A DNA stretch of 64,000 nucleotides, taken from the NCBI GenBank assembly GCA_009914755.4, contig CP068257.2, positions 37,600,001 through 37,664,000 of the forward strand, given 5' to 3'. How positions within the stretch are numbered: position 1 is the stretch's first letter; each line of letters opens with the position of its first letter. The notes below the pieces were generated by a model. It worked only from the letters and a program-made list of their open reading frames with translations, made no database searches and had not been told where the DNA came from. Positions 1-17,046 of this stretch are shown piece by piece. The translations under genes and the position numbers were made by a program. Source of the DNA: the human T2T-CHM13v2.0 reference genome, Homo sapiens.

Positions 1-308
1 AAGATAGAAACCAAGTGAAAAAATGCAGCATGTGAATTAAACAACTGTGAAATAATAATTAAACCATAAGTGCAAAGTTATAATGAATAACCTTCTAATG
101 CTCTCAACTTGATCATAGTCATAGGCAATACATTGGACACCGAAGCAATTATATTGAACTGAAGAGGACAAAAATCTTAACAAATTACTTAATCACATAC
201 AGAAAACCAACAAAACTACCCTCCCTTTTCATACTGCATATAGGTACCTTTTAAAATTGTTGAATCTCAATAAAGAAAATATGTTAAATATCATCAACCC
301 TAAAAGCT

Positions 309-624
309 GGCCCAGCAAGCTGGGATTACACCTGTAATCCCAGCACTTTGGGAGGACAGGGCAGGAGGACAGCATGAGCCCAGGGGTTCAAGATCAGCCT
401 GGACAACATGGCAAAACCCCAAATTTACCAAAAATTAAAATTAAAAAATTAGCCAGGCGTACTGGTGCGCACCTGTAGCCCCAGCTATTCAAGAGGCTGA
501 GGTGGGAGGATTGCTTGAGCCTGGCAGGTCGAGGCTACAGTGAGCTATCATCATGCCACTGCACTCCAGCCTGGGTGACAGAGCAAGACTCTATCTCAAA
601 AACAAACAAAAAAACAAACAAAAA
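309..624 (+). mobile_element. Alu (full length, A-rich tail).
   Basis: Matches the Alu consensus from ...CCTGTAATCCCAGCACTTTGGGAGG... to GAGCAAGACTCTATCTCAAAAA. Confidence 0.9.
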
Positions 625-1601
625 CTAAGAGCTTCAGTTTCACTGTAAACAATCAAGTGGTTTCTGATGGGAATGCACATTCCAGTGTTAAATTACAGAG
701 ATAAATTACGTCGATAATGTGGACTCAAGATGACTTTTTATAATTTCTTAAAGTAGTTGAATTATAAAAGTTAAAATACAATCAACTGCTGTAAAAATCA
801 TTAAGAATAGGAAATTTTATACTTACCAGTGCTCTAGAAGCCAAAGATAAAAAGTCAGTGCCTCTGGGAAATTAATCTTCCAAAGGCCAAAAAGACCAAG
901 TATTAACTATATAAATATTATTTTTAAATGTAGTTAAATAGAAATTTAAACATACAAAGAAAAAAAATAAAGTTATCTAACAACTTAACAAAATTTCTAA
1001 GAAAAACAGATTACTAAAGATTGAGGGTTGAGGCCCTGACTCGGACCTCCCTTCTCCAGCCAGGCCTGACCATCCCTGCAACTCTCAGCCTCCTACTCAT
1101 GTCGGCTGTGAGAGCCTGTGCTTAAATAAGATATCAGGCCTTACTGGAGACACTCAAGGATAGGTTGAACAACTATTTTTCCAGAGCAGAAAGGAAACTC
1201 ATGCATCAGAAAGGCCAGAAGTATATGACTGTATAAATAACAGAATCTACTCAGAACAGTTTAAGGAATTTCTTGGGACCTACAATAAACTTAGAGAAAC
1301 CTGCTTTTTGGACTGTGTTAAAGACTTCACAACAAAAGTAAAGCCTGAAGAGACCACCTGTTCAGACCATTGCTTACAGAAATATATTTTTTTTAACTTT
1401 TAAGTTCAAGGGTACAAGTACAGGATTGTTACACAGGGAAACTTGTGCCACAGGGGTTGGCTATACAGATTATTTCATCACCCACGTATTAAGCCTAGTA
1501 CCCATTAGTTGTTTTTCTTGATTCTCTCCTTCCTGTCACCCTCCAAAAGGCCCTAGTGTGTGTTGTTCCCCTCTGTGTGTCCATGTGGTCTTATCATTTA
1601 G

Positions 1602-1942
<341 letters not shown>

Positions 1943-2669
1943 TCCCACAAAAATTATTTTTAAATGACACAAAGAATATCCAAGAGATTTCAGGAATATC
2001 ATATTCAACAGAACGAAGCCCTGGTAGCCAAAGCAAAACTACTTGGCCAATCACAATAGGTAACTCCAGATGGATGGACTTTTGATGAAAGACTGCCAAC
2101 AGCTGCTGCACTGGAAATGAGGATTTATCTGACAGTTCCCTGGGAGCAGTAGCCACCCTGTTAAACCATCTGTCATGAGTTTGGCAAATGAAAACCACTG
2201 GAGAAACAAAACCACTATTTACCAAGAATAATTAAAATAGAAGGTCTTATTGTTCAAATAATAAAACACAACATTTACTGAGGCCTTAAGATTCTGCACC
2301 TTGGTTACCTGATTAGAAAAACAAACAACTGTTTCTTCAATTATGGCTATTAATTTTAAAACAAATTATGTCTTCAATCATGTATGAGGATAGAAAAATT
2401 CTCATTACTAAAGTACCAGTGAAAGTTTACTGAAATAAGTGGAATAAAAGTAAAATTTCAGTGATATGGAAATAATCACTGAAAAAAAAACGAGGGTGAA
2501 ATATGGTAGTCAATCTTCTGCCTGGCCCTACCCACACCTACCCATAGGCATCTAACACCATCTGACAATGAAAGAGAATAATGAAACAGAAAATGCTAAT
2601 CAGCCCCCAATTCTACCACTATCTCTTTCTTTGTTTACCCTAGTCAATATTGCCAAATATAGCTTTTTA

Positions 2670-2846
<177 letters not shown>

Positions 2847-3033
2847 TCAATAAATCCATTGCCTCTAAGTGGTACTTCTCTAGAAATCATTCATAAGATA
2901 TGGCTACATTTAACATTACAGGCTAAATTAAAAGATAACCAATACAAAGTGTAGAAAAGAACAGAAACCTCAATTATGCTAGTATTTTTAAATACCTTTA
3001 TGAAAAAAATTGAAAAAAAAACTTTTCATCCTA

Positions 3034-3276
<243 letters not shown>

Positions 3277-3690
3277 TCAATTTTCATAGCTTATAAAACT
3301 AGGTTATCTCCACAGTCAAAAATAGAGTTCAAATGTGCAACTCTTTTAAAATTACTCATTGAGATTAACAAATTGCTTAAATTCAGGTAAAAACACAATC
3401 TACCTACCCTAACAAATTAAAAATTAAAAATAAGAGTGCCAGTATTGCAGTTTTCAGTCTATTTCTTCAAGGAGGCAAACTTAACCCTGAGGCCTCTGAA
3501 AACACAAATTGAACCTGACAATATTCAAAATTTTAAGCTTACATACAGTTAAAATTTTTAAATTAAAATTTTTAAAAAGTCAAGTCAAAATGGATAAAAT
3601 AATCCCACATGACAAATGGCTAATTTTCTTAAATTTTAAGGGAGCGCAAATGAAACAGACTGGTATTTCTTGAAAAAATAAGGAGAAGCA

Positions 3691-3979
3691 GGCAGGGTGG
3701 CTGACGCCTGTAATCCTAGCACTTTGAGAGGCCGAGGTGGGTGGATCGCCTGAGGTCAGGAGTTTGAGACCAGCCTGGCCAACGTGGCAAAACCCCATCT
3801 CTACTAAAAATACAAAACTTAGCCAGCTGTGGTGGGGCACACCTGTAATCCCAGCTACTAAGGAGACTGAGGCAGGAGAATAGCTTGAACCCGGAGGTGG
3901 AGGTTGCAGTGAGCCGAGATTGTGCCATTGCACTCCAGCCTGGGCAACAGGGCAAGACTCTGTCTCAAAAAAAAAAAAA
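3691..3979 (+). mobile_element. Alu.
   Basis: GGCAGGGTGGCTGACGCCTGTAATCC...poly(A) at 3966-3979. Confidence 0.9.
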
Positions 3980-5421
3980 GGAGAAAATCTGAGGAAGCTC
4001 AAAATATTTTAGCTTATTGAATAGTAGTTCTAACATACAGATAAGAAATGTCATTTACTGTGTACTGTGTACTGGCTACCAGGTTAACTCAGAGCACGTT
4101 TACAATGAGGGAACAAGGGCATTGGGAAGAGCATCATTTTAACAGCTGCTAAATGATGGAGAGAATGCTCATGGGAGCATTTCCTCTAGAAACATATCCA
4201 TTAAGATTCCTGCAAACATACACACAAGTTTTATATAGAGCATTCTTTGGGAATGCTCTTAACTTCAGTAGAGTTGACCTATTAGAATTAAGTCATATGA
4301 TGTAGTCTTTTAGCTGAGAGATGGGAATTTTTTAAACATGGATGATAAATGATTCCTATAAGCTTATAATTCATGTTCTTGCAAAAAGAAAAAGGATTTC
4401 CATTTTATTTTCTGCATGAACATAAAAGAAATGTGGGGGAAGAGGGCAGAGACATCCCACTGCCCTAATAAGCCAAAATGTGTATTTTTATACTGTAATT
4501 CAGAGTTATGCTTTCAGTATTTTATCTCATCAAAAGGAAGAGGAAAGACGCTGTACAGGCAGGCAACATAAAGTGCTTTAAAAAACACTGGTTTATCAAA
4601 GCCGGGATCTAAGTTCAAATCACATCTATACCACCTAAAAACTATGACTTTGGGCAAGGGGTGTGGGTGGGTGGGTGTGTGGGTGTGTCTGTTTTAATGG
4701 GGAGAAAGGGGGTCTCACTATGTTGCCTGGGCTGGTCTCCTCAGGTATTCTGGTGAATACTGATCAACCCACACGTGTGAAGAAATGACAGGAAGCCAGG
4801 AAAAGAACCAAATGAAAGTTCTGTGATAACAAAGGCCTGATGCACAAAAGGGCCAGCACCCACGCCTGTTCCCTCAGCCAGACTGAAAAAGCTGCATGAT
4901 ACATAGAGCAGTGGATACACTGCATAAAAGGGCCTTGCCTTAGAAGTCAAAAGTAAATCAGTTCTAGGCTGAGCACTGCTCCAAACCCATCTACCATATC
5001 TTAAAAAGATAAAATTGTTTCCGACTAGCTTAATTGTGTGACAGAACAAAGTGTAACACTTACAGGAATACAAAAATATACAGCACCCAACAAGGTAAAA
5101 ATTCACAATGTCTGACATAAAATGTAAAATTATAACACAGGTAATATATTAGGAAATACCCATAATGAAGAGATTTATTAATCAACCAACCAGAATTGGC
5201 ACATATGTTAGAATTAGCAAAGACATGAATGCAGTTATTATATTACGCATGTTCATTAAAAACATATATAAATGGAAGACATGAAACACACACCCAAATC
5301 CAACTTTTAGAGATGAAAACAACAAGCAGTAAGGTGAATACTATAAACACATTGGCTGGTGATACATAAGATATTCCGAAAGAAAATATAAATATATAAG
5401 ATAAAAATATAAAAAGACTCA

Positions 5422-5745
<324 letters not shown>

Positions 5746-6201
5746 TTATTCATTTCTGAATGTATATCATCATTGAGGGGAAAAAACTAAATCTTTTCTC
5801 ATAATGTCTATTTAGTGCCTAACTTGATGCCCCCCAAACGGTAGGCATTCAAGAAATGTGTATGAAACAAATATGTGATGTAGTTATATGATTTACTCTA
5901 TAAGCATAGCTAATATTTCATAAAACAAAGCAATAATAACTAATATTTTCCAAACATAAAACTAAAAAGATGCATATGTAACAAATTTTACACTAACATA
6001 GTGTAGACACAGCAATAAAAACTGAAGACACAGCAATAAAAATTATCCTAATGAAACAGTAAAAGAAAATAAAGCAAAAAAACAAAAAAAATCCAGAAAA
6101 GCCCCGAAATACAGAGACCATTTAAGGGAACAGAAGAAATTATGATATCCCAAACTAATAGATAACAGTTAAAAATGAGGAAAGAATCTGAATATTTCTC
6201 A

Positions 6202-6530
<329 letters not shown>

Positions 6531-6639
6531 TCAGTATCATTAGGCATCAGAGAAAGGCAAATCGAAACCACAATAATACTTCCTATAAGTTAAAAAAAAC
6601 AAAAGTATCCAGGATGTGAAAAAATTGGAACCCACATAC

Positions 6640-6900
6640 ACTGCTGCTGGAAATGTAAAATGGTATACCTGCTCCAAAAAAACCATTTGTCAGCCCTCAA
6701 AAGGTTAAACAGAGTTACCACGTAACCCAGCAATGCCACTCCTACATATGTACCCAAAAGAAAAAAAAACTTGCACATGATATTCACAGGAGGACTATTC
6801 ACCGCCAAATAATGGAAGCAATCCAAATGCCCATCAACTGATGAATGGATAAAAATGTGTTATATCCATACAATGGAATATGATTCATCAATAACAAGAA
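6640..6900 (+). mobile_element. L1 3'-end fragment (old L1M/L1PB-like, ORF2 C-terminus).
   Basis: CACTGCTGCTGGAAATGTAAAATGGTATACC...CAATGCCACTCCTACATATGTACCCAAAAG...AAATGCCCATCAACTGATGAATGGATAAA matches the L1 3' consensus. Confidence 0.65.
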
Positions 6901-8401
6901 ATATCTTGGTTTCTAAATGCCTTTCTCCAATCAAACAGGCCATGGCCCCTGAAAAACTGCCTGATTCCACAGCTGAGGTAGGGAAAGTACAAGGTGAGCC
7001 TTGAACACTGCATATTGCCAGAAGCTATGAAAACACTCAAAGGCGATTCAAAAGAAAATGTCAAATGGACATAGGAGCCAACATGAAGGGGTTCCCAGTG
7101 GCCAAATCTGCAATAAGGTAGCAACAAAATAATGACAACAATTGAACACTGATTTTATTTCACAAAAATCTGAGTACATACTAATATAAATAAATGGGAA
7201 AGGAGAAGATGTATCTTATAGTAGAATTCCAACTAACACATGTAAGACAATGAAAACAAAAAATCATTATTTGAGGGAAGAATTATCAACGGATGCTACA
7301 ATTAGTGAGTGGAAACAGCATAAGAAACAAGATTTTTGCAGCACATAAATATATCCCCATGGGACACTAATTATAATGGAAAAAGTATTTACTTTACACT
7401 GGAGAAACCTGACACATACCCCCTAAATCAAATTATTAAAATCCTAAAATAATTGCACTGAGAAAGACACATTACCTTTCTGACATTTTTGCCAAAAATG
7501 CAAAACCTAAATTTAATCAAGAAAAAACATCAAACCCAAACTAATGGAAATTCTATAAAATAACTGCCCAGTAATCTTCAAAAGCCTTAAAGTCATGAAA
7601 GACAGTGAAAAACGGAGGGATCCTGGATTAAAGACTAAGATGACATGACAAATCCAAAATGTGAAAGGATATTAGTGAAACAGACAAAATCTGAATAAAG
7701 TCTATAGACAATAGTATCGTATTAATAATTTCCTGATTTTGATCACTGCAATGTGCTAGCTGTATAAGAAGGGAAATATAGGTATTCAGAAAATCCTTGT
7801 ACTATTTTTTTTAACTTTTTTTAAGTCTGAAATTATCTTGAAATCAAGTTTTTTAAAGTGCTATAAAAAATGGAGAGTACATATTGAAGAGAAATATCAA
7901 AATGCAGATATTCAGAGATTTTCTTGAAAATTATAAAAAGAGAAAAACATCAAAGGATGTTACAAATCAGTAAAAACACATAAAGAAAGCTTGGTGGTGA
8001 AAACAATGGACACAAGAGATATAGAGTACCCTTTCAAAAAGTTTCGCAAAAGGGAAATAATTCAGTAACAAAAATGCTTCATGAAGTCAAATGTAAGGTC
8101 TAAGAGACATATTCAAACCTGACTGGAGAAAGGTAGGAAGAAATTAAAATTGTTGGAGGGGATGAGCTAAGTGTAGGTACCAGGCCCTTGGAAGGCCAAC
8201 AGCAGTGGGATGCTAGCACTGGAGGACAGGCTGGCTTTAAATAGTTGTCTATTTCAGTAGAAAATCCATAATAAGACAACTTGAGGTAAAGCAGAAGACA
8301 GATGGAAGTCAAGTTCAATCTTTTCCTTGAAGGAAGACCAAGGGTAAAAGATTAAGAATGAGGTAGGAAAAGTAGAGGCTACATGAAGGATGTAAATTTT
8401 T

Positions 8402-8697
<296 letters not shown>

Positions 8698-8955
8698 AGG
8701 AGTTAAATTTAATGCAGGGTTACATGAGAAACGACAGCAAGCTATTAAGGTACAGCCAAAATCAAGCTGGAATCTAAGGTCAAGAATTAACAAAACAGAT
8801 AAACACGATGCTGTTGTCTTCTTTCAGTAAAGTTCAGTTACTGTAATAATTTGAATATATTGATCATAGAATACAAATATGTTTGTTCCATGTGCACTGG
8901 CAAATGTACATATTATAAAAATAAAATGTTTTCATTATTTAACAAATATATATAC

Positions 8956-9017
8956 CATTATCAGGAATTGGTTCCATGTCCCATGGGCTAAGTTTTTCAA
9001 TTTCAGTATTATCCCAC
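8956..9017 (-). CDS. BRWD1: BRWD1 coding exon (62 nt): (R)[20 protein letters not shown](V).
   Basis: ORF-track peptide 8939..9130. Acceptor tgttttttaacAG|G at 9018-9019, donor AAT G|GTATAT at 8954-8955. Phases agree. Confidence 0.9.
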
Positions 9018-9620
9018 CTGTTAAAAAACAACAAATCTCTGGTTAGCCTTTCATAAAAACAAAATGTGGATAATAGGTATCCATTATAAAAATACAAAAT
9101 GTGAAAATTAACCTCACTGCAGCAGTACAATTTTAAATATTAACAGTAAATTTTTTTAAGAAGGATATATTATTAAAATAACAGGTTTAAGAACAAAACC
9201 AGAAATCCTATGTGGCCTGCACCCAAAGTGAACAATAACTGAAAGACAAGGCATGAAGCCCTTGAATTCCACTACAGCCACAGTCAATGGTTTTTATCCC
9301 ATTGCCAATGAAGAGGCGTCAAAGGTTTCTTTGAAGAAGATTAATGATATAGTATCTGCTTCTGAACTAGGACACTGACAATACGAGGTAAAGGAAATAT
9401 TAGGTGGCTACAGAAATAGTTCCAGGAAAGCAAGCAGAACCTGAACCAAGGGGAGTACTGGTGAATAGGAAACAAAGAGTAGGTGCATGTCTGAGAGACA
9501 TTTCGGGTCAGCCTGACATGACTTAATGACAGATAAAAACCATGTTTTTTTAAAAACCAGAAATGTATTATTTATACAGCAACCTGCCACACTGAATTAC
9601 TGGGAAATGATTAGTTTTCA

Positions 9621-9782
<162 letters not shown>

Positions 9783-11391
9783 CTAACATTCATTAACATT
9801 TTTTTAATCTACAAAATACCATATGATACAGATAAAAAAGAAGCCAAAAGCACAATACAAAAACAGGCAAGCAGCGCTCCTAAACAAACCAAGAAAAATA
9901 TGGCATAAAAAATTTAACTTTTAGATTAAATGCATTTCTAGATGTATTTTACAACTCTAACACTTCAACCAGTGAAATAAACTGCACTAGATCTGTGTTT
10001 AACATTCATTACAATAGAAACATGAACTGCTGCAGTAACCATATCTCTTCCTTCTTACCCTTCCCACCATTTACAAAACAAAACCAATGAAACAATAAAA
10101 GTCACCTATCCAGCACTGATGATTCTTCGGGATATAGATCAACAGTTCTTTTCTCAAGGAAAGTTTTATAGAAATAATCAAAATTAAAGCTACAATTTAT
10201 CCCCAAGAAAGAATATAATATACCTGGCAAACAGTCTTGAATAATTAAAGTATGCTTACAGTGAATTCTTCAAAGGTTTGAAAAAAAATAATGCCATAAC
10301 TACTAGACCTACATGTTTTAGTCTTTAGCATATTTTCAAACTTATGTAAACATGAGTTTTACATATATTTTACTTCAAAATCACTTGAAACCATAGCCCC
10401 TGAAAGAAATCTAAGGAGACTAGTATAGCTTTAAACTTACAATTTAAGATAAACCACACCATGATTTTATCCAAATCTCTAATACCCTAATTTAACATAA
10501 ACATTAATTACAACTGAATGTAATAATAATAAATTATTGTCATAAAATCAGCTGCCTCAATTTTGAGAGGCCAAACATAAAAACATGTTAGAAGAGAGTC
10601 TTTGATATAAAAAATTAAGTGTATATTTTTCTTGCTATTTACCTAATACTAGAAGATAATTTCAGTTTAGATAAAAATATTTCTTCATACAAAAACAACC
10701 CTTTAAATAAAAAGGAGCCTGAAAAAATTAAGTTTTCTCATAATAAAAGTGTCTTTTCTATGTTTTTGCTAGCTGATCACCCTGGTAATCTTATGTTAAG
10801 GCTTTTCAAATAAACCTACTTTGGCCTTTCAAGAGAAGGATAAAAATCCACTGTAAAAATGAAAACAAGCAACTTCTTCTTGCCATACTACTCAAATTCC
10901 ACGCAAAAATGGGGAAGCAAAATGAATTAAAGTGTAGTATAACAGGTCTGGTCCAATAATTTCTCAACCACAAAAATAAAACAAAAACCACTAAATTACA
11001 GGAGGCATCTGGGACTCCATCTCTAGAGTTTAACTGTAGATAATTCAGTTTTAAAAAAATTAATGGACATGTTGGCAAAAATGAGAGCCTCTTACACCTC
11101 ATGGGAGCTGAAAAATCATAATAGCTGGGAAGCTTTAAAGTTATTTGGAACACAACTATACAACCTGCTAATGTTGCTTCATGTTATTTTTGTGGCTGTA
11201 TGTTTTTCTTCAAGAAAAATTTTCTCTGCATCTACTCCCAAAATAATCTTGATTACTTGTGTAGATGTTACCAGGAGAATAATCTATAAAGAGGAGCCAC
11301 ACGCCCTGACAATCTTTCACGTCAGATGAGGATGATTAGGGACTTTATCTAAAATTTACCTTCTTGTAGTACCACACAAAAAGGCAGCAGT

Positions 11392-11742
11392 GGCCAGATA
11401 TGGTGGCTCACACCTGTAATTCCTACACTTTAGGCAGGCTGAGGCAAGAGGATTGCTTGAGCCCAGGAATTCAAAACCAGCCTGGGCAATACAGCAAGAC
11501 CCTGTCTCCACAAAAAAAATTAAAAATTAGCTGCACATGGTGCAGCTTCCAGAATTTACATGTTTGTATGCACTATAATTAAGAGTCCCACAGCCAAAAA
11601 GGAGGCTGAGGTGGGAGGATCGCTTGAGCCCAGGAAGTTGAGGCTGCAGTGAGCTCTGATTGCACCACTGCCCTTCAGCCCGGGCAACAGAGCAAGACCT
11701 TGTGTCCAAAAAAAGAAGGAAAGAAAGAAAGAAACTGCAGTA
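11392..11742 (+). mobile_element. Alu interrupted by a 65-bp non-Alu segment at 11534-11600 (see findings).
   Basis: Left monomer and linker are intact to AAAAATTAGCTG. About 40 bp of the right-monomer start is replaced by foreign sequence, and the Alu resumes at GGAGGCTGAGGTGGGAGGATCGCTTGAGCCC... Confidence 0.8.
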
Positions 11743-12556
11743 ACTAGAAAGATCAATGTCTTAACATCATTTATGAATGTGTACACCAGATGACACAGCC
11801 TGGGTAAAACTTAGTATTTCTAACAAAAATCCAAGAACTGATAAAAGAATGAACCATCCTACTTCTAACTCAATACACAAGCTCCCTGGATAGCATTACA
11901 CACTGAACATATATTTGTACACCTGTGAAACAGGTACTACAGTTACTATTAACAGTTGCTATTACTACCCAGCCTAATGACAGTCATTCAATCATCAATT
12001 ATATCCTGAGATTAATAATCTACACAACTCTGAATAAGTGAGCCCTCCTTAAATGATCATCACAAAAATCACATTCGAGTAATTTAGTACCTACATTGAG
12101 GTACTAAAATTACTCCAATGTGTAATTTTACTCGAATGTGTAAAATTACATTGAGGTAATTTTAATTTTTTAATTTTTCTGCCCACCTATACATTACATG
12201 GTTATAAAGCAAAGTGTATATGAATTTTTTATTTCTTAACAAAACAGTGTCAAGTCTTCCCATTTAAGTCTACGTTGTTATGATATCAAGGGTAAAATAA
12301 TTGGGTATACCAGAACATTTTCAGTGTGAAATCTGAAATTACTTTTCAACCTTCTGATCATTTTAGATCCTAGTATAATTGTGTAAATTATGCCAATGTT
12401 ACATCAAAGATAATTATATACAATATAGTACAGGGAAGTCTAAAAGGAAGTAAGTCTACCCTAGCCTATAGTCAAGGAGTGAAAATAATCTTTTCCAAAT
12501 GTCATGAACCAAAAGAACAGAAGAAAAGTTGCTCGTCTAAAAAAGTCTACATAATA

Positions 12557-12820
12557 GGGCTGGGCACGGTGGCTCACACCTCTAATCCCAGCAGTTTGGG
12601 AGGCAGAGGTGAGTGGATCATGAGGTCAGGAGTTCGAGTCCAGCCTGACCAACATGGTGAAACTCTGTCTCTACTAAAAATACAAAAATTAGCCGGGCGT
12701 AGTGGCGCACACCTGTAATCCTAGCTACTCAGGAGGCTGAGGCAAGAGAATCGCTTGAACTTTGGAGGCAGAGGTTGCAGTGAGCTGAGATCACACCATT
12801 GCACTCCAGCCTGGGTGACC
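12557..12820 (+). mobile_element. Alu (no A-tail).
   Basis: GGGCTGGGCACGGTGGCTCACACCTCTAATCCC...GCACTCCAGCCTGGGTGACC. Confidence 0.88.
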
Positions 12821-12945
12821 TAGGGAGAAAATGCCTGCCCTGCCCACCGTCCCCCGGCCCCTACCAAGAAAGTCTGCATAATCAGTAAGTACCAAGCCGT
12901 AAGCAAAATATATTTATAGGTCACTTATATCTCTTCCGGAATTTA

Positions 12946-13155
<210 letters not shown>

Positions 13156-13798
13156 TTAAACTCTCTACATAGCAGGTTATATAGTCTAAAAGCAGCACTG
13201 TCCAAAAGAAACATGAGATCTACGAATGTAATTTTTAATTTTCAACCAGCTATATTTTAAAAGGTAAAACAGTAAACTTCATAGCATATTTTAAATATAT
13301 CCAAAATATTATTTCAATGTTATCAAAACAAAATAGAGATCTGACATATTTTTTCTTCATAACTACTCTTCAAAATGCAGTGTGTACATTCACAACACAT
13401 TCATTTCTTTAAAAAAAAATGTTTATGCCTCATACTCTGCCAAGTCACATATTAAGACATTCAATCAAACCATCCATATTTCAAGTGAGCAGTAGCCACA
13501 TGTGACTAGTGGTAACCTTATTAGACAGCACAGGTGTAGGAAATTATTTATTCTGAATTTTTTCAAAAACAAAGGGCAGAAAAAATTTGGCCCGTATGTC
13601 AGAATTCCCCACCCACATAAGCAGCATGAAAACCATATAAAACAGACTGCCCACACTTAACTATAACTGTGACATGCCTACTATGACTTCAGGGTCAGGG
13701 ATGGGTTTCCTAGCCATCAGAAGCTCGAGCCACATCTTAGGCTATCCACAGTGCTCTACCAGTTACCCTGGAGTTAAATGGGAAGGGCATGCTAATCA

Positions 13799-14002
<204 letters not shown>

Positions 14003-14290
14003 TTAATGGTTAAAATAAAAGCAATTCCTTAATACTATAATTCTCCACATACTGTTATATTAAGTAAACTCATAATTTAGGCTTCCAAACCCGCAGACAA
14101 GTTTAATTAATACCATTAATTACATTCAATTTTGCTAAAGTTAATCTCCACATATTTAATACAGTTTCTAATACAAAGAACATCCTTTAGAAAATACATT
14201 ACAAAAGTGTAAGATTGAAAACACAAATCTCGGATTAGCGCAATATCTAACGACAATCACTGTTAAAAATCTAACATATTTCCTTCTGGC

Positions 14291-14584
14291 TTTGTTTTGG
14301 AAACAGGATCTCACCATGTTGCCTAGGCTGGAGGGCAGTAGCACAATCATGGCTCACTGCAATCTCAAACTCCTGAGCTCAATCAATCCTCCCACATCAG
14401 CTTCCCGAGTACCTGGGACTGACTACAGGTACAACATGCCACCACACCAAGCTAATTTTTTATTATTTGTAGAGACAGGTCTCCCTATGTTGTCCAGACT
14501 AGTCTCGAACTCCTGGGCTCAAGTGATGCTCCCACAACAGCTTCCCAAAGTGCTGGGATTATAGGTGTGGCCTGCCACACCCAG
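14291..14584 (-). mobile_element. Alu (diverged, AluJ-like).
   Basis: GGAAACAGGATCTCACCATGTTGCCTAGGCTGGAGGGCAGT...TGCTGGGATTATAGGTGTGGCC. Confidence 0.85.
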
Positions 14585-16718
14585 TCAATGCACATTTTTA
14601 TTTATATAGCTTTATATTATACAGTGAAAATGTGTAAGCATTCTACTTATTCATAAGTGTTCTTCAAAATCTTGATATTAAGTTTCTGCCTAATACATTC
14701 AGTAAGTAATATTTGTTGAGAATCTACCATATGCTATGACCTCTTCTAGGCAGTAGGGACAGGACGGTAAACAAGTGAAAGTCCCTACCTGGATGGAGTA
14801 TCCATCAAATGGATTTGCCATAGTCAACCTTCCCCCCAGTGTCTGCTTCTCTGATACTAGGAATACAACAGATCATTCATCCACTTATTCACTGAACAAA
14901 TGTTATTATTATAATGTACCAAACAAAGTGCTAAGCATAGTTTTCATTATTCACAGCAGTTATGTTCTATAGTCACCTAGAACACTGAAATAAAATACTA
15001 AATCAGTGCTATAGAGAATATATAGGGATAGGTTCCTGCAAAATTCTGGTCACAACACTGTAGTAAACCAGTGCATACGTAACTTGGTTTTATGCGTGTT
15101 TCCGTTTAAAGGTACCTTATTTAATATGTTGTTGATTTGCAAACATTTAACTGATACCTGAATGAAGCTTATCTAACATACCTTCTCCATAAGGCACATC
15201 TCAGCCTTCTAGCACTTAAGAACACTAGAGAGCATGTCAGCACTACGCTTAGGGGCCATTTTAAACAGCAAAGTCACCAGAAAAAGCACAAAAATGGAAA
15301 ACATGTGGCACTGAATAGACCATGAAAAGGACACTTGTTTGCAGTGCGAGAGCTTAAAAAAAAAAAAAGGCAGAGCAACACCTTGTTCAACCTCAACTAG
15401 AAACATGCTCGTCAGGCAAGTCAAATTTTTCACCACCCTGAGCATGTCCAGAAATGACCAAAAGGCTCTGAGAGTACTGTTTGGGGGATTACAAATAAAG
15501 CAAGTACGCAGTTCACAAATACAGAATCCAAGAATAATGAGGATGGACTGTACTTAGGTACACAGTCCTAAGTTAAACAGACATAAATAAAACCGCCAAT
15601 GTATATAAAGCCTAACTTATACAAGCAGAGCCATTAAGTTGAATATAAGTGTTAAAAACAGCTATATTTGTTAAAATAACTAGCATTTTCTTCATTTTCT
15701 AAGTTTTTAAAAGTATCAAAATCTGTAGAATAAAAATATAAAAAATAAAAAAACACGTGTACTACTACCCCACAGATCATCACCATTGACATTTTGATGT
15801 TGTTCTTTTGATTGGCTGCAAATGTTTTCAAAATTTTGCTACCATAACCAGAAATACCACTTCACACCCCATTTTTCCTATTAGTAATACACTGTGAAAA
15901 TGTATCCATCATTCATTCAACAAATATTTTTCAACCTTCAAGTACAAGATGGGCTGTACATAGTAAGTGACTGTGTGAATGCACCATGATTTGGTTCATT
16001 CACTATTGTGGAATATCTGAATTTTTTTTTTCCAGCTTTGTTTCTGTCAACAGTGAGTGAACTACAATACTCATATATTTACAAGCATTTCTGCTTGTTT
16101 TCCAAATTACCAGAAGAGTAAAATCACAGAATTAAAAGTTCCAAATATTTTTCAGTTTCAACTACTATTAACAAAATATCCCCTAGAAAGCCTGGACCAC
16201 TTCACACACCCCACCAGCAATCTGAATAACTGTTAACAAACCAACATCTTTGCCACTTGCTAAAATGTGGAATTCTTTCTTGAGCTAAAAACAAACGAAA
16301 TCACAAAATTGGCTAAGTATTGAAAAGGAAAAATTATTATTTCCTTATTTTATTATCCATGAGGTTAAACCCTTCTTCCAGTTTTTATTTCTTCTTTTGA
16401 AAACTTGCATTTCTTCCTCTGAAAATCTGTCTTGGATACATAAACATTTTTAAGAGTGATAATATATATATTGCCAAGCTGCCTTTCTGAAACTCTAGGT
16501 TGTTGCATTTAACATTTTACACACCAATCAGCAACATACAAATTTTGCCCATTGACAAACAAGCCATTCCCACAGGATCTTAAGGTTTGGTTACAGCAGA
16601 AATGTTATCAAGTAGGAAAGAAAGTAATAAAATATGTTTCCAACAGGTTTTTAAATAGATTTGTAAGTAATTTAACTATGTATGTGCTAAAATGTTTAAT
16701 GATTTAATAATGCCATCA

Positions 16719-16832
<114 letters not shown>

Positions 16833-16920
16833 CTACAAAAGGGAAATATGCATTTAAAAATTAAGAGCAATATAAACTTTATGTTCCATATTCGTGTTTT
16901 TAAATTTGTATTACTCTCAC

Positions 16921-17046
16921 CTCATCACCCATTTGAGGAACAAAAGGAGATTTTCTAAGTGTGGTGTCAGTAATCCAAACTGGAGGGTGAAATTCATATA
17001 AATGCTCCATATTTGCAAGCTCTGCTGGAGTCATCCTCCGCAAATT
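16921..17046 (-). CDS. BRWD1: BRWD1 coding exon: [42 protein letters not shown].
   Basis: Acceptor cttccccttggtAG|AAT at 17047-17048, donor GAG|GTGAGA at 16919-16920. Confidence 0.9.

Noticed and set aside
4706-4745. Short Alu-like fragment GGTCTCACTATGTTGCCTGGGCTGGTCTCC, with a similar one at 58410-58450
   Set aside because: Too short (about 40 bp) to annotate confidently as separate mobile-element features. Likely orphan Alu fragments.
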